Part shown: positions 7,566 to 17,355 of the stretch, one piece after another
How the letters are laid out: every line of letters starts with the position of its first letter
How positions within the stretch are numbered: the stretch's first letter is position 1
Assembly: GCA_964035545.1 (NCBI GenBank)
Contig: CAXIUT010000231.1
Span: 1-18,363, forward strand
Reading direction: 5' to 3'
Length of the DNA stretch: 18,363 nucleotides
Source of the DNA: Bugula neritina
Taxonomy: Eukaryota > Animalia > Bryozoa
Position numbers and translations under genes: made by a program
Notes under the pieces: generated by a model
The model's input: the letters and a program-made list of their open reading frames with translations, nothing else
The model's database searches: none
Told to the model about the DNA's origin: nothing

Positions 7566-10530
7566 ATGGGAGCTGCCTAAAATTAGAGCACATACTCTGA
7601 AATCCGACTGAATCATCCCCATCTAATCAACTGCAGAGGAATAACTAAAAATAATCTCACCTATCTCAATACCACCCTCATGTGCCAAAAACCACAGTAT
7701 GAACAATGGAAAAAAGACATAAAAACATTCAAATCTAAAACTCTATAAACATAACATTTATTTCTACCCATAAAACATAAATTCTAAGACGGAGGAGTCT
7801 GCTCAACAACCGGATAATTACAGGTAAATACTGATCTAGTTAGATTGCCTATTAATTTTACCCCAAGTTGCTGTAGACCTAGATTCACGATAGAATGAAT
7901 AATAAGAATAAATTCAGCTAAGCATAACTATGGTATCTTTTATACGTATTGGTATAAGTTCGATAGACGCTTATTTCCCAAGGCATGGAAATAAATGATT
8001 TACAACCGCGTAACATCTTTCTCAATGTTGATCAAAAAGTAAAAGTAGCCTGTCCTCTCTCATGGCCAGGACATCTCTCTCTGTATAGACAAGCTGTCCT
8101 AGAATAGTCTTTCGAATATCTATCACCAGAAGATATTGTCAGATTGAAGTTAGGAGCTCTTGATAATAAGGCCAACTTCTAATCATAGATCTTTTCAATG
8201 GGATTAACTTTATTGTCAGCAAGTTCTTTGCAAAGTTAGAAGGAGTTATATAGAGCTAAAGATCGTGACTTTGATTAAGAATTATTTGGAGCTCGATTGG
8301 CTATTTTTCAACAAGATAAGTCTTACTCTTAAATATATCGATCAGTAGTTTGCAACCTTTTAGAAATGGATCCCTAAAAAAGAATGAATCAAGAATAACT
8401 GACATAATTACTCTTTAAACATCGTTAAAATTTATAAGAATTGAAACCATTGATGTTTGACAATGTTGGCAAAAAACTACAACAATCTCTAAACGGTTTA
8501 TTAAGGATAGCCCCTCCAGTTAAAAATTAAATATCTAATTCAAGTTCAAGAGCATCAAATGTCCTGCCCATCAGCAATAAATACAGTAGACAACAGGAAG
8601 GTAGAGTTTAAAGTGTACCTAATGTTGTCCTTTAAGGAGGAAGTAATCAAGTTAGACCATCTTCAAGGGAAAGAAGGTAAAGTGTTATCAATTATACATC
8701 TAATGGAAATCCTTTAACTACACCTATTTCGCCAAGAAATCAAAAAGGAGGGATTCTGTTTAATATTCCACCGATACATCCAGGAACAAATAATGCTCCT
8801 AAGACTAATAATATGCCTAGTCAAGGACCAAATCAGATGCCAAATCAAATATCAAATCAAGTACCAAATCAAATACCAAATCAAGTACCAAATCAAATAC
8901 CAAATCAAGTACCAAATCAAGTACCAAATCAAGTATCAAATAAAGTACCAAATCAAGTATCTCCAAATTATATGCATAATAATGTATATCAAATAATGCC
9001 GAATCATATCCCAAATTAGATCCCTCATCAAACAAATAATCAATTACCACCTTATCAAATGCACAATCAGATGCCTCCACGTCAAATCATTACTCATGCT
9101 GAACCAATCAGACTACCTAATTCTCATTCTCCCCCACCGAAAGTTGAATTCCACCAAAACATAGTCAGAACTCCTTCTTCTCAAGAATAAATAGCATAAT
9201 CTCTAAAAGCTCAAGCTAATCAGGTTATTTATCAACCATTCAATAATATAAATAGACCATAGATAGCTCAAACTCAAAATCCATAGGGCTATCTTTATTC
9301 TCAAAATAGATATCAAGAAACGATAGGTTAAAGAAGCGGATAGGGCGGATCAGGATTAGGTAATTTATTGATAGAAACTAGAAAAGAAGTCCTTCAATCT
9401 GATATAGGTAAGATAGATAATAACTAATCTAAAAAAATAGCTGATTCATCTGTAATAAAAAAAGAGTATTAAAGTGAGTTAATCATAGCAAAAGATAAAA
9501 AATAATACTAATCTTAAGTTACTTAACCTATTAAAAATTAAATCAATCAATAAATATTCAACCATCATCATCAGTTAAAAAATAAATATCAAGTGTTAAT
9601 AAAAAAGAATAAAGTATCGTTTAAAAAATAAAATAGGTATAAAATAATCAATAAGTTAAAGTTTAATTAAAGGAATAAAAGAAAATAGAGTAACATCAAC
9701 TTTAAAAACAAATATCTCCTAAAGTAAAAGTATGGGGATTTCAAAAAGGAAAAGCAGAAGATAAAAATAAAACAGACAACATCAAACCTTCAGAAACTGT
9801 ACAAGTTAAATAAATAAAAATATATACAAAAAAATAATCAAATAACTAAAATAAATAACTACATAACCAACAAAATTATAAAGAGCTAAAAGAAGTCAAA
9901 GTACTATAAAGTTAAAAAACAAATCAATCAGATGAAAAAATAAACAAGAAGTAATTTGTTATTTAGCCAAAATAACCAAAAGCAAGTAACTATATTCTCA
10001 TCGAAGAACCAAGTAAAAATCCAACAGAAAAAGAATCATAATTACGATCAGATAAACCAAGCTAACCTAAACCTTAATCCTCAATAAACAAATAAGAATC
10101 AAATCAATAAGTCCACTCATAAACTAGAAATAATTTTGTCTTTTTGAGTGTACCTACTGAAGGCGAGTTCGACGATTGCTGGAACGAATTAAAAATAATG
10201 TTCAAAAAACCATAAGAATATTGCAATAAAATCAATGCTGATAAAGTCTTTACCAATGAAAGTTAACGTGGACAATGTTTGAAGATAGGACCAGCATAGA
10301 TGAAAGTTAACTTGAATTATGAACAAGGTAAAATATGGTTATAAAAGTTGCCTAAATCTAAATGCTAGGGTGATTTTTTATGCGGAGTTATTAAAAAATA
10401 AGATCAAAAACATCATATCTGGTTCAATTCATCTATGACCTATAAAAACAAACGCTTTCCTTCAAATTAAGTCATGCAAGAAGGACTAAACATTCTACAA
10501 AAAAACATCAACCTCTCCAAAAGAACATGA
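7566..10530 (+). CDS. Large protein (~980 aa): N-terminal pseudokinase, Pro/Asn/Gln low-complexity repeat region, Glu/Lys-rich linker and a C-terminal globular domain; intron 7824-7843; apparent -1 frame break near 9533-9543
   Basis: MGAA start. Kinase C-lobe motifs IAYEFY, FSEAELWYLL, INDLQPRNIFL, YLSPE, SEIFSMGLTLL and LLEMDPEKRM. Frame 2 reads well to ~9530, then frame 1 (KKEESIVEKIKEVE...) runs to TGA10528-10530. Confidence 0.8.
7824..7843 (+). other. 20-nt spliceosomal intron
   Basis: gtaaatactgatctagttag. It contains an in-frame TGA, and its removal joins the kinase frames. Confidence 0.88.
8828..8959 (+). repeat. Coding 12-nt tandem repeat, 11 units of (C/T)CAAATCAA(G/A)TA encoding (P/S)NQ(V/I)
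   Basis: Directly visible as PNQM PNQI SNQV PNQI PNQV PNQI PNQV PNQV PNQV SNKV PNQV. It generates the three overlapping ORFs in the supplied track. Confidence 0.95.
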
Positions 10531-10584
10531 TTCAATTGATTTATTTATACATATCCAATAACTATGATTGTTGTTTAATTGATA

Positions 10585-11217
10585 TCATATGCAATAGTGA
10601 TCATCCTGTTCCTCAACATTCCACCCCTCGATCATCTCCTCCCTCACATTCCCTCTCATTTCCATACTATTAAGTCTATTTTTATAATTCTTATTCAAAA
10701 CATGAATATAAGCCGAAGAAGGACGACCAATTCCGCTCTTCCCCTTCATGCAACTCAATCTAAACTAATGTTCATTCAAACGATCGCCAAATGGTTTTCT
10801 ACTAAATCGACCCACAGTCAGATCATTATTCTTTCTATAAGATATGTTCTATTAGTTAGGCTAGAAGGACCTCTGAGTACGAATTCGTAATTTTTTAGTA
10901 TTGTTGCTATGAATTATCGCTTTTGATACCTCTACGCCACATGAATTTTTATGGCTACTTGTAGTTATGTATTTTCTTAATATCTCGGTCTTTACTATGT
11001 TTTACTAGTTTTCATAGTTTGGTTTATAGTTTTCATAGTTTGATTTATAGTTTTTTTATAATTATACCTTCCTTTTGCTTCTATATTGTTTCGACAAAGT
11101 CACCGCCAGCAAAGATCCCTGAGGAGTAATATTTTTATGATTAAATTGACTCCTTCGATGAATAGTAAATAAAGTCGATCGATATTTGTTTGAGTTCTAT
11201 GGAATCTATGTATTCAT
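10585..11217 (-). CDS. Hypothetical basic low-complexity protein (210 aa)
   Basis: Uninterrupted ATG11217 to TGA10585: MNTEIPENSNKYRSTLF...REEMIEGWNVEEQDDHYCI. It has a short internal 21-nt duplication (NYKSNYE/NYKPNYE). Confidence 0.75.
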
Positions 11218-11274
11218 CTAATAAAAATTGGAAAAAAAGAAAATATATTTTATTAATCATAAAACAACATATTA

Positions 11275-12207
11275 TCAATCATCATCATTGTCTATTATAA
11301 ATTATGACTAATTTGAAAACTACTAATCCTCCATATAGTTCTGATCCCAATCAGATATCTTCTCAATACATTTCTTCACATACTACTCTATCTATCTAAA
11401 CTTTTTTATATGAATATTGTCCAAGTCAAATAAATACTACTTTACCTCAGATGATGACTCAAACATTATATAAATTATCTGCTGTAGATGCTCAGATGAC
11501 AACTTACGGATCATCATCCCCAGCTGTCTCTTTTCATGAGTAGTTGCTACTTTGTATGTAGATAATGGCTGATACTGCTTTACCTGAGAACCTTTCTTGC
11601 GACCTCCTTGATTTGCCCTCAACTAACCACGTTTAGGATCTCCTCTTTATATTTTCATGAGGTGGATTAAAAAGTTGTCAAGCTAGCCAGCTTGACGATA
11701 CTCCATCGTGTTCCTCGGTTGACTATAAGCAGCAAGAAATAACCTTTTCATATCGACTTATAGATCTTCTATGCTATAACTTTCTGATAGTTTTTTAGCT
11801 TTTTACTCAATTTATATCAAAGACAGATGAGACTAATCTTTTCTATAATTATAGAGATGTCGATATGCCTGATGACTTCCCAATCTCTACAAAAGTTTAA
11901 TACTCGTCCCCACTGCAATTGAATACACTTCAGGAATAGATGGAATTACTATTGATTTCTTTTAAGGCTCATATTCATCTTCTTTCTAGATTTTAACTCG
12001 AACTTGTGGCGCTACCTGCGGTACCACTTGCGGTGGAGTAAGTGACTACACTGATACTGCAGGTGTAATTTTCTTTTTAGGTGCTGATTTTTGAGTACCA
12101 CGTTTGATTAGTTCTTCTTTAGTAACAAATTTGTATCCTTTAGGAAGAAGACAGTTTATTTTTTTTAGTTATTCACCTGAAAACTTGAAAGTGCGAATAT
12201 TATCCAT
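11275..12207 (-). CDS. BET/GTE-like protein: degenerate bromodomain plus ET (extra-terminal) domain, 310 aa
   Basis: ET domain: TTHEKRQLGMMIRKLSSEHLQQIIYIM...EYLFDLDNIHIKKFREIEEYVKKCI. Bromo-like helices: KLLERLGSH...LSLIEIEEK...YSIEDLEVDMKRLF...YRQAGELDNF. Acidic tail. No introns needed (933 nt). Confidence 0.85.
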
Positions 12208-12280
12208 GCAACAATTTAGTTAATTAGCTATTATAAATCAAATTAAAAATTGACTCTTTTAACAAATAAACAAAAAAATA

Positions 12281-14640
12281 TCAAAAACTTTGATTAACAT
12301 CCATCGACTCCCCATTCTTTTTAACTTTTTTCTTAGGATTCTTCTTTTTCTGTTTGTTTTTATTTACATTAGATTCCTTTTGCTTGTTATATGTACTTTG
12401 CAGTTCATAAAGAAAAGGTCTTTTGATAACTTTTGAATATATTTCATTCAAATTTTATTCATATTGATGATCCAAGTTTTTCCACTACTTTTTGTGTCTT
12501 TATATCTTTGCCTGAGACTATAATTCACATAATTTAGCTGTATTAGGAAGTTTCGAGAAAGGTTGTTTCATATATTTAGCAAAATTCTTATGCTTTTTGG
12601 ATCTTTCTTCGTCTTCAGCTAGCTTTTTATTGATACTGAGTTATCTCTGATAGGCATGTTGTCGATTCGCTACAACCATATCAGTAAATTTTTGAGTATA
12701 GTATATTTCTGGTGATTCTGTGTATAATATTTTTTTGTAATCATAACTTGGTTCAGATTGCTAGTATTATTCTTATTTTGCTGTATATTTATAAGGATGC
12801 CTTTCTTTGGTATGAAAATAAAACTATTGCACTTCTGTTGGTTTGAATACTATCTTTCTAGCTTCTAATTCATATTTCATTCGATCTTGCTATGCTTTAT
12901 AATCTGGAATTTCGTGAACAGATATTTATTGGGTTGGTTTTCGCTAGATCTAGAATTCATTTTTAGTTAAAGTAGCTACTCGAGGTAATTGTTATTAGGA
13001 ATACTGATATTTATCTTTTGTTAAACTTTGTATCTTCTTTTTTCTTTACATTTTTTATGATTATATTTATTCAAGTCTTGGAGATAGACAAATTTCAGGA
13101 ATAGGTCTTGGCTTAAAATTAAATTATTTTATTTATGGAGTAGAATGTCGAGATATTTGAAATAGTTTAGTTTATTTTTTAAGTTTTTATACCTATTTTT
13201 ATCTTTTCTATAATTTACTTCTTTATTTTTATCGATTCATTTTCTTTCTATTATTCAAATCAGACATAAACAACTCATATTTCTATTCACTCCTACTTTT
13301 AGAGTAGGGTCTTGCCTTAAATTTATAATTTTTAAGTTTTTCTTCTTCCATTTTTTATTTCTATTCTTTTTCATCAATCATTTCTTTAACTTTCTGTCTC
13401 CTAATTCCATTTGATATTCCTCCTGATAGCATATATTCATTATTCCAATTATTTCTAAAATTATTTTTCATAAATTCATCAGATCTAGCTCTGTTTAACT
13501 TGTTGGTCGATGATTTTTGTAATTAAATAGATTCTTAGAGACAGTTTCTTTCTTCTAGAGGATAAAAAGCAAAGGGACTTGCTGAAAAGTAAAGTAAAAA
13601 TTAATCCGAATCTACAAAGATTGGACCTTTTCGTTTGATATAATTTATTACATCTTTTATAGTCAAAGCAAGTTAATAATGATTTTTAGGTTTAACATTA
13701 GTTTAGCTATATTTTTTGATAATAATCGAATTTTATATTTTAGAAACCAATGAAAATAAAGAACAATATCCCATAAACTGATCTACAACCTTTTTAAATA
13801 TATTTTTCAATTAATTAATCACTTAAATTTTAACAAAAAATGTATTTTTAGCCTATTTTGCCCCATCTGTTTTAAATCTCTTAACCAAATGCTCAATTGA
13901 AGGCTACTAACAATACTAATAACTAATTAACATATTTTTAAATTCCTTCCAACTACTTTTAGATTTTAGCTCTTTAGTTTTATACTGAATATCAAATAAT
14001 ATTTTTTTTATATTGATTTTTTTCTTTATTATTGGAATTTATAAAACTATAGCCTCACTATAATGTATTCCTAATCTATTTATTTTTCTTATCAATTTTT
14101 TAATATCGACCATAGCTGAATCATCTTGCATTTACTACCAAATCTATTTTATCTTTTACTCTACATCATCAGTTAAAACATATTTAATATACTCTTTTCG
14201 ATTGATATTAACTTTTTTATTCAGCCTTCGAATTTAACCCATATCAATATCTCTTTAAACAAGTACAACATTGCGATAAGAAGACGTAGGCTGAGACATC
14301 TTCATCTCTTATCCCCTTCCATTCTCCTTTGATTCATAATTATTAACATCAAAATATTTCTTATCTTAATTCATTCTCTCTCCATAGATCATTTACAAAT
14401 ATTTACTGATCTAATCCCCATCTCCAACCGGAAGATGATTAATCTAACTATTTTACTAGTTAGATTCATTCGATTCTTAATACATTTTATTAATTTTGTA
14501 TCGAATGTAGTCGATATCTTGGTTGGTACTTTATCTAAGTTCATCGCGCATAGCTGCTAATTTTCTATTAAGATTTTACAACTATATAACAATGACGATA
14601 CTGTTAGGTTTTGAAGATGTTTTGATGGTTGGTAATTCAT
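12281..14640 (-). CDS. FAM161: FAM161-family (UPF0564) basal-body/microtubule protein with an N-terminal extension, 779 aa; 20-nt intron at 14582-14601
   Basis: Motifs FKARPY, FKPRPIP, IPDYKAEQDRMKYELEARK..PTEVQEFYF and YEENLNEIYSKVIKRPFLYE match recalled FAM161A/B signatures (FKAxPvP, vPDF, KRPLLFE). One open frame from ATG14640 after splicing. Confidence 0.8.
14582..14601 (-). other. 20-nt spliceosomal intron
   Basis: Minus-strand gtatcgtcattgttatatag; joins ATG14640 to the long frame. Confidence 0.8.
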
Positions 14641-14704
14641 CTGTTTAATTTAGAATTATGGGCTGAATCAAATTTGATAAAAAGCACTTGATATAAATAA
14701 ATAA

Positions 14705-16021
14705 TCATGAAACTATCTGCTTTGATTTCTTTGTATTAAATTTCTTTTTAGCACGACACGCCACCCCACTCCCATGATTCTTCTTCTTCCCTTCAAGAGA
14801 TACCTACTCACATATATTAAAAGTATCATTATTTTCATCTGATACCAGAAGTTGCAATCGCTTGGTATTTAACTTGCTTTTACTACTTGGAAGTCTATCG
14901 ATTAATTGGATGGTCTATTGATCTTTTTTTGAATGAGATGATTGTTTATTTGATTGTTTTGATTTCTATATTGATTGTGGTTTGTTTATGAGAGATTTTT
15001 CACTTTTTTAGCTTATTTATTCTATCACCTCGATTTGTTTGTCACTTTGTTATTGCAGATATTACATTGGACTTTACTAAAGGCAGTTTATGAGTATGGT
15101 TTATTTTTTGTTGAAATTGTGGTTGATCATTGACTGATCATGACTTAAAAAACTATTAATAATACTCTAATTAATTTATTTTGATTTATCTCGACTAAAA
15201 CTCAAAGAATCTTATTCCATAATAATCTAATTCTTATTTTTACTACTATTTTCATTCGATATATTACTAAGACCTGAAATACTGGTTGGTTTGCTAAAAT
15301 ACTAAAAGTTCATCAATGGTGCACTATTCTGAATAAAAGATATAACATTTGTTTGTTAGTTTTCTTATCCTTTTCTAAAATGATTCAACTAATTTCTCAA
15401 AAAAGCTATCATCAGTTCTATCATACTATTATTTATACCTTTTTATTGAATTGTCTATTATGCTTTTTTCATTTTGAATCTCTCCATCTAGACTACCTTG
15501 CAACATTATTTTCTTATTCTTTACAACTATTTTTATAACATGCTATTTGCTTTCTTATATCTCTATAACTAACAATTAACTGTCTATATTTCTTGTTATT
15601 TAGCTATTCGTTAATTCTACACTATCTTTTGCTCTTCTTTTTTATCCTGAACCAATCTATTATAACTATTCTTCAACATCTTATATTCTGACTTCAAATT
15701 TATCAACTACCCATACATTTATGTAAACTGCTTGCTATTCATCGGCATGTCATCATTCTTTTTAGTACTGCTATCTAACCTCTTACTTTTTGATCTTGTT
15801 AGCTAGTGTGGGGATTGATTCAGTCTACTCTATCTTCTTGAACTTTTACGATCTTTTGAACAATATGGTCTGATAGCATGCAAATGTTTAATATCACTTT
15901 GATTGATACAAATCGTTTCAAATTATCTAGATTTTGTTTGAGTTTATTTAATTCTGTGTTTGCTTTTAGGATTTTCTCTGTGAAAAAGAGTAGGATGTTA
16001 TGATAGTTCGTGTTTGTTCAT
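14705..16021 (-). CDS. Hypothetical protein with a central coiled coil (~438 aa; possible in-frame 21-nt intron at 15418-15438)
   Basis: 1317-nt frame with no TGA: MNKHELSEHPTLF...MYGELINLKSEYKMLKNSYNRLVQDKKEEQKIVENERIAKEQEIE...KSKQIVS-TGA. Confidence 0.8.
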
Positions 16022-16216
16022 TTGAAATTTAACGAGTATGATTAATATCACTAGTTAAAAATCTATAGAATTATTAAATATTTGAATGATGATTGTTGAT
16101 GTATACTTAAATCAGATGATCATCTATTTTTGTTTCTAGACTTATTTAGTTGAGTAGCTGAATGCTTTCAAGTATTTTGATGAAGTTTCAGGATTAATAT
16201 TCCTATTATATCGACT

Positions 16217-16688
16217 ATGAGATCAAAGAAGGACAAGAACGAAGACTACAGCTTTGATTGTGACCAATTGTCAGATGAATAAGAATCATCGTAAGAAGAA
16301 TACAGGATCAAGTTAAAGAAAACAAAGTCTAGTATTTATCATGAGGAAGGTAACAAGAAAATATCTGATGATAAAAAAAAAAAGTTAATCCAAATGGTAA
16401 CAAAATAAAACTATAGAATAAAATAAGTATTTTATATCATTATTTTAGGCAGGAAAGGCAATTCAAGTGAGTTACAGCACTGCAAAAAAGATATTTACCA
16501 ATTTTAGAGTTAATTTAAAGAAAAAAGAGAAGTTATAATCAAAATAATAAGTCAATAGTCAAAGATGTCGATATTTGACACTCTAGGAAGGCTAAGAATT
16601 TAAAAATAACAAAAAAGGAATTCAAATAATTTCTTCAATAGGAGGCGATACTCAGCTAGATGATCGAAGACAAGACGATTCATAATGA
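16217..16688 (+). CDS. Homeodomain-like helix-turn-helix DNA-binding protein (~149 aa); 22-nt intron at 16427-16448
   Basis: KISDDKKKKLIQMVTKENYRIKE|AGKAIQVSYSTAKKIFTNFR matches the K-I...L-I..V.....IKeAa..l.i.YSTAK.I HTH pattern common in ciliates. Acidic run DEEESSEEEY. First TGA at 16686-16688. Confidence 0.8.
16427..16448 (+). other. 22-nt spliceosomal intron
   Basis: gtattttatatcattattttag; joins the two halves of the HTH motif. Confidence 0.85.
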
Positions 16689-16960
16689 ATAGAGAAAACA
16701 TGATAGGACCTTGATAAATTATCTTAATTTTAATGACTTTAATTCTGGTGCTGTTAGACAGCTGATTCTTTGGTCACTAAAATCAACAGAAAAGTTAAAT
16801 TTAATAAAACAGTTCATCAGAAATAAAACTGTATATTAAAGTATATGGAAAAGTAAATTAAACTTTTTTATCTCAAAGAATATCAAATTATGCAAGATGA
16901 CCAATTAGATAACTTTTACAGGTACTTTTAATTTATTTGTTTATATGATTTTTATTAACC

Positions 16961-16971
16961 AACCCATAAAA
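16961..16971 (+). promoter_or_regulatory. Putative USE/PSE (snRNA-type upstream sequence element) for the downstream ncRNA
   Basis: AACCCATAAAA lies ~50-60 nt upstream of the first helix of the structured RNA, with TATA-like segments between (16973-16980, 16994-16998). It resembles the ACCCATAA element recalled from ciliate snRNA and telomerase RNA promoters. Confidence 0.6.
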
Positions 16972-17019
16972 ATATATATATCAAAATTATCTCTATAAGG
17001 AGCTTAAGGCTATATAAGA

Positions 17020-17204
17020 TTGAACCAAGTCAGTTGTGGCGATCCAAACTATGTACTAAATCATTTGTGCTATCTTGGAAAGGTTCAACAACTATTTGCA
17101 GGGTTGAGCTTCGGTTCCCCTGCAAACTATCCTAGTATTCCATCTCAGGCGGCAGTTGACTCACTCGAGTTGTTGACGTCTGATAAACCCTAGGCGAGAT
17201 ATTT
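17020..17204 (+). ncRNA. snR30: snR30/U17 (SNORA73)-type box H/ACA snoRNA for 18S rRNA processing (5' end approximate)
   Basis: Three hairpins: TTGAACC 17020-26/GGTTCAA 17082-88; TTTGCAGGG 17095-103/CCCTGCAAA 17118-26 capped by GAGC-UUCG-GUUC; CCTAG 17131-35/CTAGG 17190-94 with TCAGGCG 17145-51/CGTCTGA 17177-83. H box AAACTA at 17124-29. The 3' hairpin internal loop carries m1-like TATTCCAT (17136-43) and m2-like AAACCCT (17185-91), followed 7 nt later by ATA at the ACA-box position. Confidence 0.8.
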
Positions 17205-17208
17205 TTTT
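17202..17208 (+). terminator. Oligo-T (T7) tract, possible RNA polymerase III terminator
   Basis: TTTTTTT immediately follows the ACA-equivalent box. T runs are common in this AT-rich DNA, so position is the main support. Confidence 0.5.
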
Positions 17209-17355
17209 ATCATGATAAATCTCACATTTTCAACACCCAAACTACATCCAACAAACTAGCAATCGAAGATAGTCAAAGAATAAACAAACGATTAAATCAG
17301 GTAAAAGTTCAACTAAAGATATAAATAAAGTAATTGATTGAATATCATAAATAAT

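Noticed and set aside
7765-7776. Additional ACCCATAAA (USE-like) match, with a similar CCCATAAA at 13770-13777
   Set aside because: Both lie inside protein-coding exons with no structured RNA recognised downstream, so they are likely chance matches.
8828-8959. CRISPR array or mobile-element repeat
   Set aside because: Contiguous 12-nt units with no spacers, in frame within a eukaryotic CDS.
3938-9019. Standard ciliate code (TAA/TAG=Gln, table 6), suggested by Rab L*LWD and PN*IP
   Set aside because: Outweighed by the YC*CF, FS*A*LW, R*IE and hinge Y* sites, by direct GAG-to-TAA/TAG swaps in internal repeats, and by abundant CAA use for Gln.
7850-9517. Split code with TAA=Lys and TAG=Glu
   Set aside because: TAA occupies the kinase hinge Glu and both Glu of FSExE, sits in acidic runs, and swaps with GAG in the KKEYESE duplication.
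17020-17208. Telomerase RNA, SRP RNA, U3, RNase P/MRP or spliceosomal snRNA identity for the structured RNA
   Set aside because: No CAACCCCAA template, no SRP helix-8 motif, no U3 box A/B/C set, no P4 conserved regions and no U1/U2/U4/U5/U6 hallmarks. The m1/m2/H/ACA geometry fits snR30/U17 instead.
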